From the NCBI RefSeq assembly GCF_004010195.1, contig NC_057758.1, positions 9,137,076 through 9,171,481 on the forward strand: 34,406 nt of DNA, written 5' to 3'. The stretch comes from Chiloscyllium plagiosum (Eukaryota). The position numbers were made by a program, and so were the translations under genes. The notes beneath the pieces are model-generated. The model was given only the letters and a program-made list of their open reading frames with translations. It did no database searches and was not told where the DNA came from. Numbering within the stretch: position 1 is the first letter of the stretch; each line of letters opens with the position of its first letter. Positions 34,137-34,406 of the stretch are shown piece after piece.

Positions 34137-34406
34137 TGACACCTCCTCCAACCCTACCTCCTGTTCAAAATAAATCCCCAATTCGTTTTTTTCCCCAATT
34201 CTGCTTCCGCCACATCTGTTCCTAGAAGGACAAATTCCAACATAGAATATCCAAGATGGCTTCTTTCTTCAAATAATGCAATTTCCCCTCCCACGTGGTC
34301 GGCGATGCCCTCCAGTGCATCTCCTCCACTTACTGCACCTTCGCCCTTGTACCCCACCCCTCTGAACCCAACAGGGACAGAACCCCCCCCGTCGCCCCGG
34401 GCCCCA
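34137..34406 (+). mobile_element. decayed Neptune-type PLE RT C-terminal region, runs off the window
   Basis: TSSNPTSC, then F...RHICS*KDKFQHRISKMASFFK*CNFPSHVVGDALQCISST. Confidence 0.7.

Overview
Vertebrate genomic DNA, very probably a shark or other elasmobranch (HE1-type SINEs, abundant CR1 LINEs, Penelope-like elements), with two 500-N scaffold gaps. The core is a tandem, same-strand cluster of three GPR139/GPR142-like class A GPCR genes. Copies A (1037-1927) and B (13513-14401) are pseudogenes inside a diverged segmental duplication (A 1037-9047; B 13521-17312, which lacks 4.2 kb present in A). Copy C is an apparently intact two-exon gene (23692-23761 + 26003-26910, 325 aa) whose first exon and TATA box are missing from the ORF track. 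The rest is mostly mobile DNA: CR1 fragments, HE1 SINEs, Neptune- and Poseidon-type Penelope-like elements (PLEs), a probable solo LTR, minisatellites and GA/GT low-complexity tracts. At least five minimal hammerhead-ribozyme motifs are visible in PLE ends, one inside a short fold-back element. The two most interesting leads are the birth-and-death GPR139-like receptor array (a possible amino-acid chemoreceptor repertoire, which is inference) and the hammerhead-bearing PLE derivatives. Repeat-family names and identities were judged by eye, not by database search.
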